Notes under the pieces: model-generated
What the model saw: only the letters and a program-made list of their open reading frames with translations
Databases searched by the model: none
What the model was told of the DNA's origin: nothing
Made by a program: the position numbers and the translations under genes
From: Bdellovibrionales bacterium
GTDB taxonomy: Bacteria; Bdellovibrionota; Bdellovibrionia; Bdellovibrionales; UBA1609
DNA length: 64,000 bases
Assembly (NCBI GenBank): GCA_965219095.1
Contig: OZ244719.1
Span: forward strand, 610,142-674,141
Direction of reading: 5' to 3'
Shown: in pieces, positions 17,854 through 28,701 of the stretch
Numbering within the stretch: the stretch's first letter is position 1
How the letters are laid out: each line of letters opens with the position of its first letter

Positions 17854-18593
17854 ATCCTATTATCATGGAAGAAATTCCTTTTCACTAAACTGAGGAAGTC
17901 TTTAGAAAAACTGTGAAGAGTTATCTCCTGAGTTCTTATTTCAGAGAGAAAATAGTTATAGGCAATGGAAGCCGGAATGGCTGCGAAAAGGCCTATAGCT
18001 GTTGCATAGAGTGCTTCAGATAAACCGGGTGCCACGACAGTAAGGCTTGCTGATTGGTAAAGAGCAATTTTTTGAAAAGAGCCTGTAATACCTAAAACCG
18101 TACCAAAAAGCCCAATAAAAGGCGCTGAAGTTCCTATACTTGCTAGAAGCCCTACCTTTTTTTCAACGTCAACCATTTCACTTTCAATGGCCTTATCCAG
18201 AGAACGTTGTAAATTATCTAAACCATCATGAAACTGTGCTTTTTGTTGGTTCCCGCCCATACCTATAGAATCCATCTTTTCTAATTCTTTGTAGCCCATG
18301 GAAAAAACCCTCGAGAGGTTACTTTCCTTAAAAGCACTTTTTCTCTTCTCCATTTCCTCCAGAGATTCTAATTTTTCAAAAGACAACAAAAAGCTTTTAT
18401 TCACTTCCTTTAATTTCTTAAATTTCTTGAATTTAAAAATAATAACTGCCCAGCTAAAAATACTCATACCTGCTAAAATAAGGAATGTTATTTGTACGAA
18501 AAAATTAGCTTCCCAGAGAGCAGACCAAAAACTGGTGATATTTTGTGCTTCAGCAAGTTCTAGTCCTTTCTCTGTAGCCCACACCTTGTTCAT
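17841..18593 (-). CDS. tolQ: TolQ/ExbB proton channel
   Basis: APFIGLFGTV, VAPGLSEALYATAIGLFAAIPA. Confidence 0.92.
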   Translation of the reverse strand: MNKVWATEKGLELAEAQNITSFWSALWEANFFVQITFLILAGMSIFSWAVIIFKFKKFKKLKEVNKSFLLSFEKLESLEEMEKRKSAFKESNLSRVFSMGYKELEKMDSIGMGGNQQKAQFHDGLDNLQRSLDKAIESEMVDVEKKVGLLASIGTSAPFIGLFGTVLGITGSFQKIALYQSASLTVVAPGLSEALYATAIGLFAAIPASIAYNYFLSEIRTQEITLHSFSKDFLSLVKRNFFHDNRMWSS

Positions 18594-18605
18594 TATGAGA
18601 TCATT

Positions 18606-19514
18606 TTAAGGCTTTTTATTTTTATTGTTGAGTGTTTTTAGAAAACCTAGAAATTTGTCGGAGTAAGGGGTGATTACACCTTGTGCGAAAATAGGCCAGC
18701 TAATAGGGAAAGACTTATCTAGCTGAACAAAAATTTTCTTCTTCTGTCGTTTCAACTCCTTGATTAAAGGTGGAGAAAAGACTTCTCTGTTTCCTAGCTT
18801 AAGGGGAGACAAAAAGACAGGTTCTTTTACCTCTATAAGAGGTTCTAAATACAAAGATTCCATCATAAGAATGAACGGAATTTTAGCTAAAGAACTTACA
18901 AACCTCCATTGAGGACGTTGGGTTTTTAAATATTTGTAACTTGCTATGGAGCTTGCGGATATGATAAGTTGATCTTGAACTTTGTATGTTTCTATTATTT
19001 TGATAAGATCATTGAGACCATATGTATCTCTCAACCTGATCTTTAATAAAAAGGCCTTTTTATTGTTTTTTAGAAAATCTTCAAATTTTATAAAATTTAG
19101 TTTCCTCTTTTTATTTCTAAAAGGAAATTCTCCTTTCTTGTTTTTGAAATGAAATCCTAGATTTAAATGCTTCATCTCAGTCCATTTCTTCCAGGAAACA
19201 AACCCTTTGCCTTCTGTTTGTGCTTCAAGCCTGTCATGACCATAAAGAATCCATTGGCCGTCGAGAGTACGTTTCAGCTCTATTTCTAAAATAATTTCAG
19301 GAGACAATTTCTTAACTTTCCTAAGAGCTTCTTTGCTATGACCGGGGCCTAAACCCTCACCTCCTCCCTGAGCTATGAGCCAATATTTTTTTTCTTTTTC
19401 AAACCAACTATTTTTGTCTTGAATTTTTTTCTGAAACCCCAATTGTCTCAAGGAGACGATAGCTATCATAGTCAAACAAAGGACTAAAAAAGAAATTTTT
19501 AGAATATATTTCAT
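18606..19514 (-). CDS. Glycerophosphodiester phosphodiesterase-family protein, divergent (possibly inactive)
   Basis: IAQGGG (HRGG-like), LEIELKRTLDG..ILYGHD..L..TEG.G.V. Confidence 0.7.
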   Translation of the reverse strand: MKYILKISFLVLCLTMIAIVSLRQLGFQKKIQDKNSWFEKEKKYWLIAQGGGEGLGPGHSKEALRKVKKLSPEIILEIELKRTLDGQWILYGHDRLEAQTEGKGFVSWKKWTEMKHLNLGFHFKNKKGEFPFRNKKRKLNFIKFEDFLKNNKKAFLLKIRLRDTYGLNDLIKIIETYKVQDQLIISASSIASYKYLKTQRPQWRFVSSLAKIPFILMMESLYLEPLIEVKEPVFLSPLKLGNREVFSPPLIKELKRQKKKIFVQLDKSFPISWPIFAQGVITPYSDKFLGFLKTLNNKNKKP

Positions 19515-19552
19515 ACAAAGTTTTTATAAAAGACTTTTTCGAGAGCTCTTTT

Positions 19553-21812
19553 TCATTTGATTTCCTTACAATAGTGAGTTCTTACAAAAGAATTAAAATG
19601 TTTAAAAGAATCAAAGGACAGATAGCTACTATAATCGGAAAATGTTTGTAATATAGTATGGGAGATTCTATCGCGCACTAGTCTTACGAGATTTTCATCT
19701 TCCTTTTCTAAGTTTTGACTTACTCTGCAGTTTGTCTCATTTTCCTCCTTAGGAAGAGAGGATGGAAAATACTCTTGAAAAAACTTACCTATATTATTCA
19801 AAGTAATCCACAGGATGTAGTCTTGACTCTCAAAATGGCTTGGTAGGTGTTCTTGTTTTTCTACAAAGCCACAAATGTAATTTTTAAAGAAAGCACCATC
19901 TTTCAGAGGATCTGATGAAAAATGAGAGTAGTCTTCTTGTTGTGAGTAGCCTTTTTCTACATAGGCCACAAAATCTCTTATAGAGGAGTTAATGTTTCTT
20001 TCAAATTCCATGAAGCACTGATCTCCATCCTCTCTTTTATTTATTTTTTTGTAAAGAGGTTTTAGTACATAGTCCATGTAGGCATCTATTTCCACCATGT
20101 AAGACAGAGCTGCTGTTGTTTTCTTATAACGAGAAAGAGTATGATCCTCAAAAGGAATTTGTCTTTCGTCTTTGTTTTCATATTCAAAAAGACTTAGATT
20201 ATCCTTGCTTTCTCCAAAAAGATGAGGAATGACCATTTTATTTAAAAAATTTTGGTAGTCATCAAAATGAGTTTCAAAAAAAGGCCTAAAAGCTACTTCT
20301 GAAATATGCTTTTGCCACCAACAATTAAATCGCCTTTCAATATAATCATTGGTATTACCAAAATTACTTGGATCTGGGTTAACAAAATCACAGCCTTCTA
20401 TGAAACCTGACTCTAGTTTTGCAACAAAAGGCTTTAGCTTATCAAGACCGTTATGGAGAAGTTTTTGAGAAAGATTGTTGAAATCATATTTTTTGTGGTT
20501 TAATTTCATAGACATAATCGATCTTTTCAGTCCTTTGCAGAAAAGCTTTCCTCCCTCAACAATCTTAGGGGGCAGAAACTCCTTTCTTATAGAAGTTGTG
20601 TCCACGAGAGTGTCTTCAGGCTTGACTCCGCAGAGCATGCTAAAGAAAGCTTTTTCTGAGAAAAAATCTGTTTCAAATTGAGCCATATTAAAACCTTTTA
20701 TAGAATCCTTCATGGATTTAATTCCTGTAAGCTGAAACAAAAGAGAATCATCTAAATTTTCTGATAATTCTGATAAATTGGGTAAAAGTTCAGAAGAGGC
20801 CTTATCCTTGTCTATAGGATGCCAATCTTTCATTTTTTTATAATAATCATCATGCATGTACTGTAAAGTTTGCTCTGCAGGATGAGAGGTAAAGTGGGTG
20901 GAAAAAGACTGTCCAAAACCATTTGATGCTACAAGAAATTTTCGAAAGATACTTTCATCAATTTTTTGAAATGAAAATTTCATTCTTGACTGAACAATAG
21001 GATAATCTAATATTTCATAGAGTTCATAAAATAGACAATGCTCTGAGAAAAAATCCTCTTTTTGACAAGCTTGAAACAGAGCTTCTCGATTTTGAATTCT
21101 TTCTAAGATTTCAAAAGCTAAAAGCCAATCTTCTTTGCTTTCAGAAGAAAGGTATTTTTCTAAGCTTTCAATTTCTTTTATTTTTACAAGTTGTTTTTGA
21201 GGAAGTTTTCGAGATTCAGGAAAATTTCGTATAAAAAGATTCTTTTTATGAGTCTTAAAAGGGGTTTGTTTATTTCTCCAACGACATTCATTAGCCTTTA
21301 AATACTCTCTTGCTATTTTAATACGGCACTCAGTTTCGTAAATATGAGGATAAGAGATATTTATTTGTATTTCAGAAAAAGACTCTTTATTTACACATGA
21401 AGTCCTTACTTTCTTTTCAAAAAACTGCTCTTTCATTCTAGTGGCTATAGGGAAAAGTTTTTTTGCTTCTTCTATGGTCATTTTAAAAGACAAGTCTTTA
21501 GAGTCCTCGCTTGTTTTTCTTACAGAGCAAGGGTTGCCCTCTCCTCCGTCGTTTTCCCTCAGAAGTTGTAGTGGAAAATAAGACATTTTTTCAGGTACCA
21601 TATCCATATCTTGATACCTTGCTTCAGATTCTCTTAATCGATCCTCTCGTATTTTAATGACAATTTCTGTATAGGCTTTTTTAGTAAACTCAGCTCTATC
21701 CATAGACCAAACAAGATCTTTTTCCCATTCTGCTCTTCTTATGTACAACATAGCTGTCATATAATCGATCCAAGCTTTTGAGGCCTCTGAAAATTCTTTT
21801 ATAGCTTGAGCT
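19553..21812 (-). pseudogene. Large hypothetical protein, 5'-truncated at an inverted-duplication junction
   Basis: 735-aa ORF whose frame stays open upstream of ATG 21760 up to the junction at about 21812. Confidence 0.6.
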
Positions 21813-22477
21813 TTTTCTGCAAAGGACTGAAAAGATCGATTATGTCTATGAAATTAAACCACAAAAAATATGATTTCAACAATCTTTCTCAAAAACTTCT
21901 CCATAACGGTCTTGATAAGCTAAAGCCTTTTGTTGCAAAACTAGAGTCAGGTTTCATAGAAGGCTGTGATTTTGTTAACCCAGATCCAAGTAATTTTGGT
22001 AATACCAATGATTATATTGAAAGGCGATTTAATTGTTGGTGGCAAAAGCATATTTCAGAAGTAGCTTTTAGGCCTTTTTTTGAAACTCATTTTGATGACT
22101 ACCAAAATTTTTTAAATAAAATGGTCATTCCTCATCTTTTTGGAGAAAGCAAGGATAATCTAAGTCTTTTTGAATATGAAAACAAAGACGAAAGACAAAT
22201 TCCTTTTGAGGATCATACTCTTTCTCGTTATAAGAAAACAACAGCAGCTCTGTCTTACATGGTGGAAATAGATGCCTACATGGACTATGTACTAAAACCT
22301 CTTTACAAAAAAATAAATAAAAGAGAGGATGGAGATCAGTGCTTCATGGAATTTGAAAGAAACATTAACTCCTCTATAAGAGATTTTGTGGCCTATGTAG
22401 AAAAAGGCTACTCACAACAAGAAGACTACTCTCATTTTTCATCAGATCCTCTGAAAGATGGTGCTTTCTTTAAAAAT
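21813..22477 (+). repeat. 665-bp inverted duplicate of 19880-20544
   Basis: ORF 21806-22534 reproduces FCKGLKRS...DGAFFKN of the 735-aa protein; both segments measure 665 bp. Confidence 0.95.
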
Positions 22478-22988
22478 AGATTCTATGTTTTTCTCCAGAT
22501 TTTTATCCTTTTCAAGCTTTCCCCTGGTTTTTAAAAAACTATAAAAACCAGAACGAGATCCTCTTAATAATTCGCAAATGCGAAGCACTGGATGCCCTTT
22601 CTCTTTTACATAAAACATAGCCTTAAATCTCATTTCAGGATTTCCTTTGAAAAAAAAGCCGCTGCCTCTTTCAATATACCTACACTCCGCCTCTCATAGA
22701 CCAGCTCCTTTTTTAACCTCTTTATTTCCTCCAATGCCGAAGCCAAGTCATGGGAAGCTTGTCTTTCTACTTCAGGCTTTAGAAAACGCTTCCAAGAGCT
22801 TATCACTTGGAAATTTCTCAGTCCTAGCTTCTCTGAGGCTTCCTTTGCACCTATTTCCTCTGCCAATTCAATGGCTTGCTTTTTAAACTCTTCCGAGTAC
22901 TGTTTTACTTTTTCCATTCTTTCTTTTACCTCCATTTTATGGAGACTTTAAGAGAAAATTGACTGTCCGCAGAAACAGGGGAAGTTCA
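22469..22988 (-). mobile_element. Truncated IS3-family copy (left IR, orfA 22630-22935, start of orfB)
   Basis: Near-identical to the corresponding part of 58233-59483; IR ctgtccgcagaaacaggggaagttca. Confidence 0.92.
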
Positions 22989-22995
22989 AAGACCT

Positions 22996-23828
22996 TAGGC
23001 GTGTTGAATATTTATAAAGATTGTAAAAAGCTCATAACAAAGGGAGGTGTTATGTTAAGAAAAGTTTTAACAGATTCTATGTGGAAGGATCTGGAAGCTA
23101 TTATAAGAGAGAAAGGCTGTTATCATTCAGCAAACAATAGAAATGTTATGGAAGCAATTTTATGGAAATTACGCACAGGCAGTCCGTGGCGTGATATTCC
23201 TGAACAGTTCTGTCCTTGGAAGAGAGCATATAATCGCTTTAATAGGTGGGCACAAAAAGGGTTATGGAATGATTTTTTTTTACTTTACAAGAAGAAGTTG
23301 ATACAGAGTGGGTGTCCATCGACGGAAGTTACGTATCGGTTCATCAGCATGCTAGTGGAGCTCGGCGTGGAGAAAGTCGTGCTGTGGGAAAATCTAGAGG
23401 TGGATCCACAACAAAAATACACATGGCCTCTGATGCGCATGGAAATCCGCTCTGTTTTAAAATCACTGGGAGTGAAGTGCACGACAGTCAAGTTGCAGGT
23501 GATTTAATGATGAGTTTCATAGTGAGTATTTGATTGCTGACAAGGCCTATGACTCGGATGAGATACGAGATAAGGCTCGTAGTAAGAAGGTAAAGCCTGT
23601 GATACCGAGACGAAAAAATAGCAAAAAGAAAAATAAAGATTTTGATCGTCATATCTATAAATCTCGACATCAGATAGAAAACCTTTTTGCTCGTCTTAAG
23701 CATTTTAGAGGTATTGCTACTCGATTTGAAAAGCTTGCTAGAAATTTCAAAGCTATCTATCTATAGCATATATGTTTATTTGGCTTAAACTTCAAAGTAA
23801 AGGTCCAGTCAAATGAGGACAGGCTCTA
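22996..23828 (+). mobile_element. IS5-family element with frameshifted, partly deleted transposase (23052-23766)
   Basis: AILWKLRTGSPWRDIP, SIDGSYV..HQH, ADKAYDS, RHQIENLFARLKHFRGIATRFEK in three frames; ends approximate. Confidence 0.85.
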
Positions 23829-23886
23829 GTCGAATGTGAAAAATTGACAAAAGCCTGGGATTTTGTCAATTTTTCACGTTCGACTA
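23827..23886. repeat. Long inverted repeat (26-bp arms, one G-T pair) downstream of priA, possible terminator
   Basis: tagtcgaatgtgaaaaattgacaaaa-gcctggga-ttttgtcaatttttcacgttcgacta. Confidence 0.85.
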
Positions 23887-23925
23887 AATTAAGTGATTTT
23901 TCAAAAAACATGTAAAAATATGAAT

Positions 23926-25929
23926 CTAAATTATACTGTAAGGATCACGATCTAAGATTACCTTGACGCCACTCTTAATCCACTTTTTTGTTTCTAAAAT
24001 ATGTTTCCCAAAAGGTTTCAAAGGAGCTACGTCTTTACTTTTAATAAGCATATTATAACGGTATCTATTCTTTATTTTCATTAAACTAGAAGCTGTAGGC
24101 CCTAGAATATGAACTTCTTTATAGCCTTTAAACTGAGATTTCAGGCTGTTAGCTCTTAATAAAAGTTGGTGACAAGTTTCTTTTACATGGCTTAATGACA
24201 AACCTTGGATACGAAATAAAAGAAGATTCCCATAAGGAGGGTAGCTTCTTTCTTCTCTATTTTTTAATTCCCAAGTCATAAATTCCTCTAACTCGTGGAA
24301 TTTAAAAAAACTAAGACTTAAATTATCAGGGCTATAGGTTTGCACCACTACCTCTCCTGGCTCATGACGACCTGAGCGACCTGCCACTTGTGTAAAGCTC
24401 TGAAAAGCTCTTTCACTGGTTCTAAAGTCAGGCCAATTCATTTCAATATCAGCTAAAACAAAACCTATAAGAGTCAAGCGAGGAAAATCCAAGCCCTTAG
24501 AAATCATTTGCGTTCCTACAAGAATATCAATACTTCCTTCCTCCATTTCATGAATGAAATCCTCCATATCCTTATGCGTTCTAATCCGATCCCTATCCAC
24601 TCGTTTTAAAGAAGCTTTTTTAAAAAGCTTCTTTAAATCTTGAGTTACTTTTTCAGTCCCCAAACCTAAAAATTTAATTTCAGGTTCTTTACACTCAGGA
24701 CAGTTCTCTTTAAGAGTGTCACTGTAATCACAATAATGACAGTTGAGATACTTTTTACCGTGAAGGGTTAAACTAATATCACAGTTAGGGCATTTAAAAA
24801 TAAAACCACAGGCTGTACATAAAGCTTGAGCAGCTACACCTCTTCGGTTTAGAAAAAGAGCTGATTGTTTTTGATTTTCCAAGTTATTCTTAATTTTTTG
24901 GTAAAGCTGTTGGCTTAACCAATCAGGAAGACCGCTTTCTCTTCGATTCTCTTTGATTTCATCGTCTTTCATATTAATAACCTGTATGAAAGCTTGACTG
25001 AGATTAGAAGCTCGTTTTTTTAAAGTGTGTTTATGGTATTTTTTCTTCATGACATTATACCATGATTCTAAACTCGGAGTAGCTGAACCTAAAAGGATAG
25101 GACAATTATGAAGAGAAGCTAACATAACGCTTGCATCTCTTGCTTGATATCTTAGCTTTTCTTCTTGTTTAAAGCTTGCTTCATGCTCTTCATCCACAAC
25201 AATCAAACCTAGATCAGAAAGAGGACAGAATAAACTAGAACGTGCACCTATTAAAATAGACTTTTTTTTATCGATCATACTCCACCATTCATTGGTTCTC
25301 TTTCTAGGCGTTAAACTTGAATGTATAACAGCTACATCTTCAGGAAACCTTTGAGAAAAGCGAGAAAGCATTTGAGATGTAAGACCAATTTCTGGAACAA
25401 GTATAAGAGCCGTTTTATTAAGCTTCCTTACTTTTTCTAAAATCTGTAAGTAAATTTCTGTCTTTCCACTTCCTGTAACTCCATGAATGAGATGAACAGA
25501 AAAACTCTCTAAATCTTTAATGTTGTCTAAGCATTTTTTTTGCTCTTCAGTTAAAACAAAAGGACTCTGCTTTTTTCTTTTAAGAGATTTTTTTAAGTCT
25601 TTTGACGTTCTTGAGCTTTTTTTAAGCTGTGGAAAGCTTGAAGACAAAATAGAGCCTAAAGGATAAAAGTAGTACTGACTCAGCCATTCACACCATAAAA
25701 GATAAGCTTCAGGCAAACGAGGTCTTTCTAAAATAACTTTCTTTATATTTCTTATCTTAAAATCTACTTGAGGCTGAGAAACTCTATCTATCACAACACC
25801 ATTTACAACTCTTTTTCCTAAAGGAATTTTTAAAGATTGACCTCTTAAAAGTTCTTCTTTAGAGGAGCGATAAATTAAGGGCTCAAGAGGAGCTTCTACA
25901 GCCACCTTGTAATAAAAATCATCTTTCAT
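23926..25929 (-). CDS. priA: Primosomal protein N' (replication restart helicase)
   Basis: GVTGSGKTE, DEEH, SATPS, four CxxC, GTQM..KGLDFP, QVAGRSGR. Confidence 0.97.
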   Translation of the reverse strand: MKDDFYYKVAVEAPLEPLIYRSSKEELLRGQSLKIPLGKRVVNGVVIDRVSQPQVDFKIRNIKKVILERPRLPEAYLLWCEWLSQYYFYPLGSILSSSFPQLKKSSRTSKDLKKSLKRKKQSPFVLTEEQKKCLDNIKDLESFSVHLIHGVTGSGKTEIYLQILEKVRKLNKTALILVPEIGLTSQMLSRFSQRFPEDVAVIHSSLTPRKRTNEWWSMIDKKKSILIGARSSLFCPLSDLGLIVVDEEHEASFKQEEKLRYQARDASVMLASLHNCPILLGSATPSLESWYNVMKKKYHKHTLKKRASNLSQAFIQVINMKDDEIKENRRESGLPDWLSQQLYQKIKNNLENQKQSALFLNRRGVAAQALCTACGFIFKCPNCDISLTLHGKKYLNCHYCDYSDTLKENCPECKEPEIKFLGLGTEKVTQDLKKLFKKASLKRVDRDRIRTHKDMEDFIHEMEEGSIDILVGTQMISKGLDFPRLTLIGFVLADIEMNWPDFRTSERAFQSFTQVAGRSGRHEPGEVVVQTYSPDNLSLSFFKFHELEEFMTWELKNREERSYPPYGNLLLFRIQGLSLSHVKETCHQLLLRANSLKSQFKGYKEVHILGPTASSLMKIKNRYRYNMLIKSKDVAPLKPFGKHILETKKWIKSGVKVILDRDPYSII

Positions 25930-26818
25930 AGAGATAAAAATACTTTAAATCATTAAGTCCAGCCCAAGTGTTGGGTTTTTTCAAAGAGGAAATAAGAAGC
26001 TTCTTTTTGACTTGAGAACTTTTAAGAGGTTTAATCTTTTTAAGTTGTATATGAATTTGTTTATCCTTCCATAAAACTTCTCGGATTTTAGGAAAATGAA
26101 AATTCCTAGCATAACGTACATAATTTTTAGCTAAAATGGTTTTATCATGAGAGGTTTTGTTGTAAATTGCGACTTTTTGGACAAGAAACTGATCCTGTTC
26201 TATCCAAAGCCCTGTTTTTTTTTTATTTGTGCTTACAAAGTAGGATACTTTACCGTCAAAACGTTTGAGTTTTACAAAAGATTCTCTTGTATAAGTAATC
26301 TTGTCTATATCTTTAGCTAAAGGAGGTTTTAAAAGAGCATAGCTGGGAATGAGATTTAAACGAATAAGGGAGAGGTAAAACTTTGATTTTTTCCTAAAAT
26401 GAAAAAAGGGCTCAATTCTAGCATCCTGCCTAGGAAGTCTTTGTCTTTTATTTTTATCATTAAGAAAAAACCTTCCTTCAGGGGTGTAAAGAATCTGTGC
26501 TTCAAGAGGTGAGTTTTTAAACGAGGCTTTGAGATGAACAAGCATGTGATTTTCATCTAAAACAAGCCACTTTTCAGAAACAGACAATCTTACTCCCTGT
26601 GTTGTGGGAAAAGTAGTGTATTGTAAGAGTTCATAAGCACTCTTTCCGTGCTTTTGAGCTATTTTTTTGTAAATCATATAAAAAGGAGAAGTATAGGCTA
26701 AGGTCTGAGTGCCTAAAGTCAGTATCAAAAGGGCTAAAAGAGAGGATGAAAAGCTCATATCTTTAACCTGCCACTTTTTTATAAAATTTGTTAGTTTTTT
26801 TGCATCAAAATGAGACAT
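25919..26818 (-). CDS. Hypothetical exported protein (start possibly about 26758)
   Basis: ORF with signal-like segment, overlaps the priA start. Confidence 0.65.
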   Translation of the reverse strand: MSHFDAKKLTNFIKKWQVKDMSFSSSLLALLILTLGTQTLAYTSPFYMIYKKIAQKHGKSAYELLQYTTFPTTQGVRLSVSEKWLVLDENHMLVHLKASFKNSPLEAQILYTPEGRFFLNDKNKRQRLPRQDARIEPFFHFRKKSKFYLSLIRLNLIPSYALLKPPLAKDIDKITYTRESFVKLKRFDGKVSYFVSTNKKKTGLWIEQDQFLVQKVAIYNKTSHDKTILAKNYVRYARNFHFPKIREVLWKDKQIHIQLKKIKPLKSSQVKKKLLISSLKKPNTWAGLNDLKYFYLYER

Positions 26819-26910
26819 ATTGAGCCAGAGATTTGCTATTTTTTTTCAGAATGGAGATAATAAGGCTATAAGCTCTTAACTTAAGAGCTCAAAAAGAGGG
26901 CTTTCTTTAC

Positions 26911-28239
26911 TTGAAAAAATTTTTTTTATTTTTTGTTTTCTTATTTCTAGGAGCGTTTTTTTTCTCTGAAAGCTCTTTATCAGAAACTGCTTGCGAAAAA
27001 TTAGAAAATTTTGAGGACAAGAAGTGCGGAGGAGAAGGAATCTGCAATTCAAACATTAAAAAATGTAAAAAAAAGAAAAAATATGAAGAATGCTTTACAC
27101 ATGAAAATGATCCTGGAAGCTTAGGAGTTTCTAGAGAAGATTTTGATGAGATCAAAGAAGATTTTGAAAAATGTCAAGAACAAGAAAAAAAAGACAAACA
27201 AGAGGAGAAAGAAAAAGAATCTGATAAAGATGAACTTAAAAAACTCAAAAAAGAATATGACGATGCTCAAAAGTCTTTTGAAGCCGCTCCCAGTAAATTT
27301 CAAAAAGAAATATCAGAAAGAATTATAAATCTTCAGAAAAAAATTAAAAACCTCGATTATAACCGTGTTTTAGGAGAAAACGTTAGGCTTTTTGAAAATG
27401 AAATAGAACAAGTTCAAAACAAATATGATGAAAACTCAAAAATTTGTCAAGAAAAATCTTTAATAACCTACAATAAGTGGCGTGAAAATATAGGAAAATC
27501 CCGAACAGAATCTCTTTCTAAAAACAAAAAAGAGTTTCTCCATAAGCATTATAACAATTGTATTAGAATCCATAAAGAGCAATACAAAGAAAAAATAGAA
27601 AAACTAAAAGCAAGAAAAAATACTCTTCTTATCATGAATACTGATGAAAAAGCACAAGCTCTTAAGGAAATTGAATCCCACCTATCTTCATTTGACCAGG
27701 AGTATCAAAATAAGATGAAAACCGAAGAAAAAATATTAAATAGTGCTTTTGAAAAGTATCAAAAAGAAAACTTTAAAGTTCTAGGAAAAAAATTACTGGA
27801 TTATAAAAAAGATTTTAAAGAGCGTGAAGAGGAAAAGCTTTCTAAACTAAACTGTAAAAGCTTAAAAGAAGAAGAAGAAAAGAATTACAAAACCCGCCTT
27901 ACTAATCACTGGAAAAATCTAGAAACATCCTATATAAAAAAAACTAAAAAATGCTTTAATGAATTAAATACAATAGCAGGACGCAAAGATGATGACTGCG
28001 AAAAATCGGGGACAAAAACGGAAAAAAAAGAAAATAATGATGTTCCAACAACTTTCACAAATCAAAATAAAATAGAGAAATGCAAAGAAGAAACAAAGAC
28101 AGCTAAAGAAGAGTTAAAAGATCTTTGTTGTGGTGGGCAATCATTAAAACATCTGAAGACAAAATGCGAAAATATTTCTAATATTACTAATTGTGCCTCC
28201 ACCACTTCTCAAACCAGAAATGGGGAAGGCCGTCAATAG
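26911..28239 (+). CDS. Secreted Cys-rich, coiled-coil hypothetical protein
   Basis: Signal peptide, K/E-rich helical core, Cys clusters at both ends. Confidence 0.75.
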   Translation: MKKFFLFFVFLFLGAFFFSESSLSETACEKLENFEDKKCGGEGICNSNIKKCKKKKKYEECFTHENDPGSLGVSREDFDEIKEDFEKCQEQEKKDKQEEKEKESDKDELKKLKKEYDDAQKSFEAAPSKFQKEISERIINLQKKIKNLDYNRVLGENVRLFENEIEQVQNKYDENSKICQEKSLITYNKWRENIGKSRTESLSKNKKEFLHKHYNNCIRIHKEQYKEKIEKLKARKNTLLIMNTDEKAQALKEIESHLSSFDQEYQNKMKTEEKILNSAFEKYQKENFKVLGKKLLDYKKDFKEREEEKLSKLNCKSLKEEEEKNYKTRLTNHWKNLETSYIKKTKKCFNELNTIAGRKDDDCEKSGTKTEKKENNDVPTTFTNQNKIEKCKEETKTAKEELKDLCCGGQSLKHLKTKCENISNITNCASTTSQTRNGEGRQ

Positions 28240-28250
28240 CAAATCTGTAA

Positions 28251-28634
28251 CTACAAGACTTCTTTGATAAGCCTTTCAAAGACTTGTCTTTGTTCATATT
28301 TTCTTTTTTCTAAGTACTCTATGTAGATCTCAATAGTACGTCGATCTTTTTGAAGGGGAAGGAAGAATTTTAACTCGTATTTCTTATCATAAACTTTTGT
28401 TACATGGGAGAATATAGACCTTTTAAAATCTCCCCATTGGAATAAAAGTTCTAGCTTATCCCCTGTTTTTATGGGAGGGTAAAAAGTTTCTCTTGTCAAA
28501 ACACAAGAGAGGTGATCTACATAAGTTAAAAGGCCTGTTTGAAAGGATCGAGAGTAGCTTTTTTTGAATCGTATGGACTCTCTTATGGAAAAACCTTTAT
28601 TACAATTTTGTTTCATGCTCTCTTTTTCGGACAA
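28251..28634 (-). CDS. PilZ-like domain protein
   Basis: Size and pattern (R..I.F.., GDKLEL.F, V.KV..YELKF). Confidence 0.5.
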   Translation of the reverse strand: MSEKESMKQNCNKGFSIRESIRFKKSYSRSFQTGLLTYVDHLSCVLTRETFYPPIKTGDKLELLFQWGDFKRSIFSHVTKVYDKKYELKFFLPLQKDRRTIEIYIEYLEKRKYEQRQVFERLIKEVL

Positions 28635-28701
28635 AGAGCAGAAAAGTTTTAAAAAACTGGTCCTAACCTCTACTTTAGAAGGAAGAAAATGAAACTAAAG
28701 A

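Noticed and set aside
21806..22534. 242-aa ORF as an independent paralog
   Set aside because: Exact internal inverted copy of the 735-aa gene with junction-derived ends.
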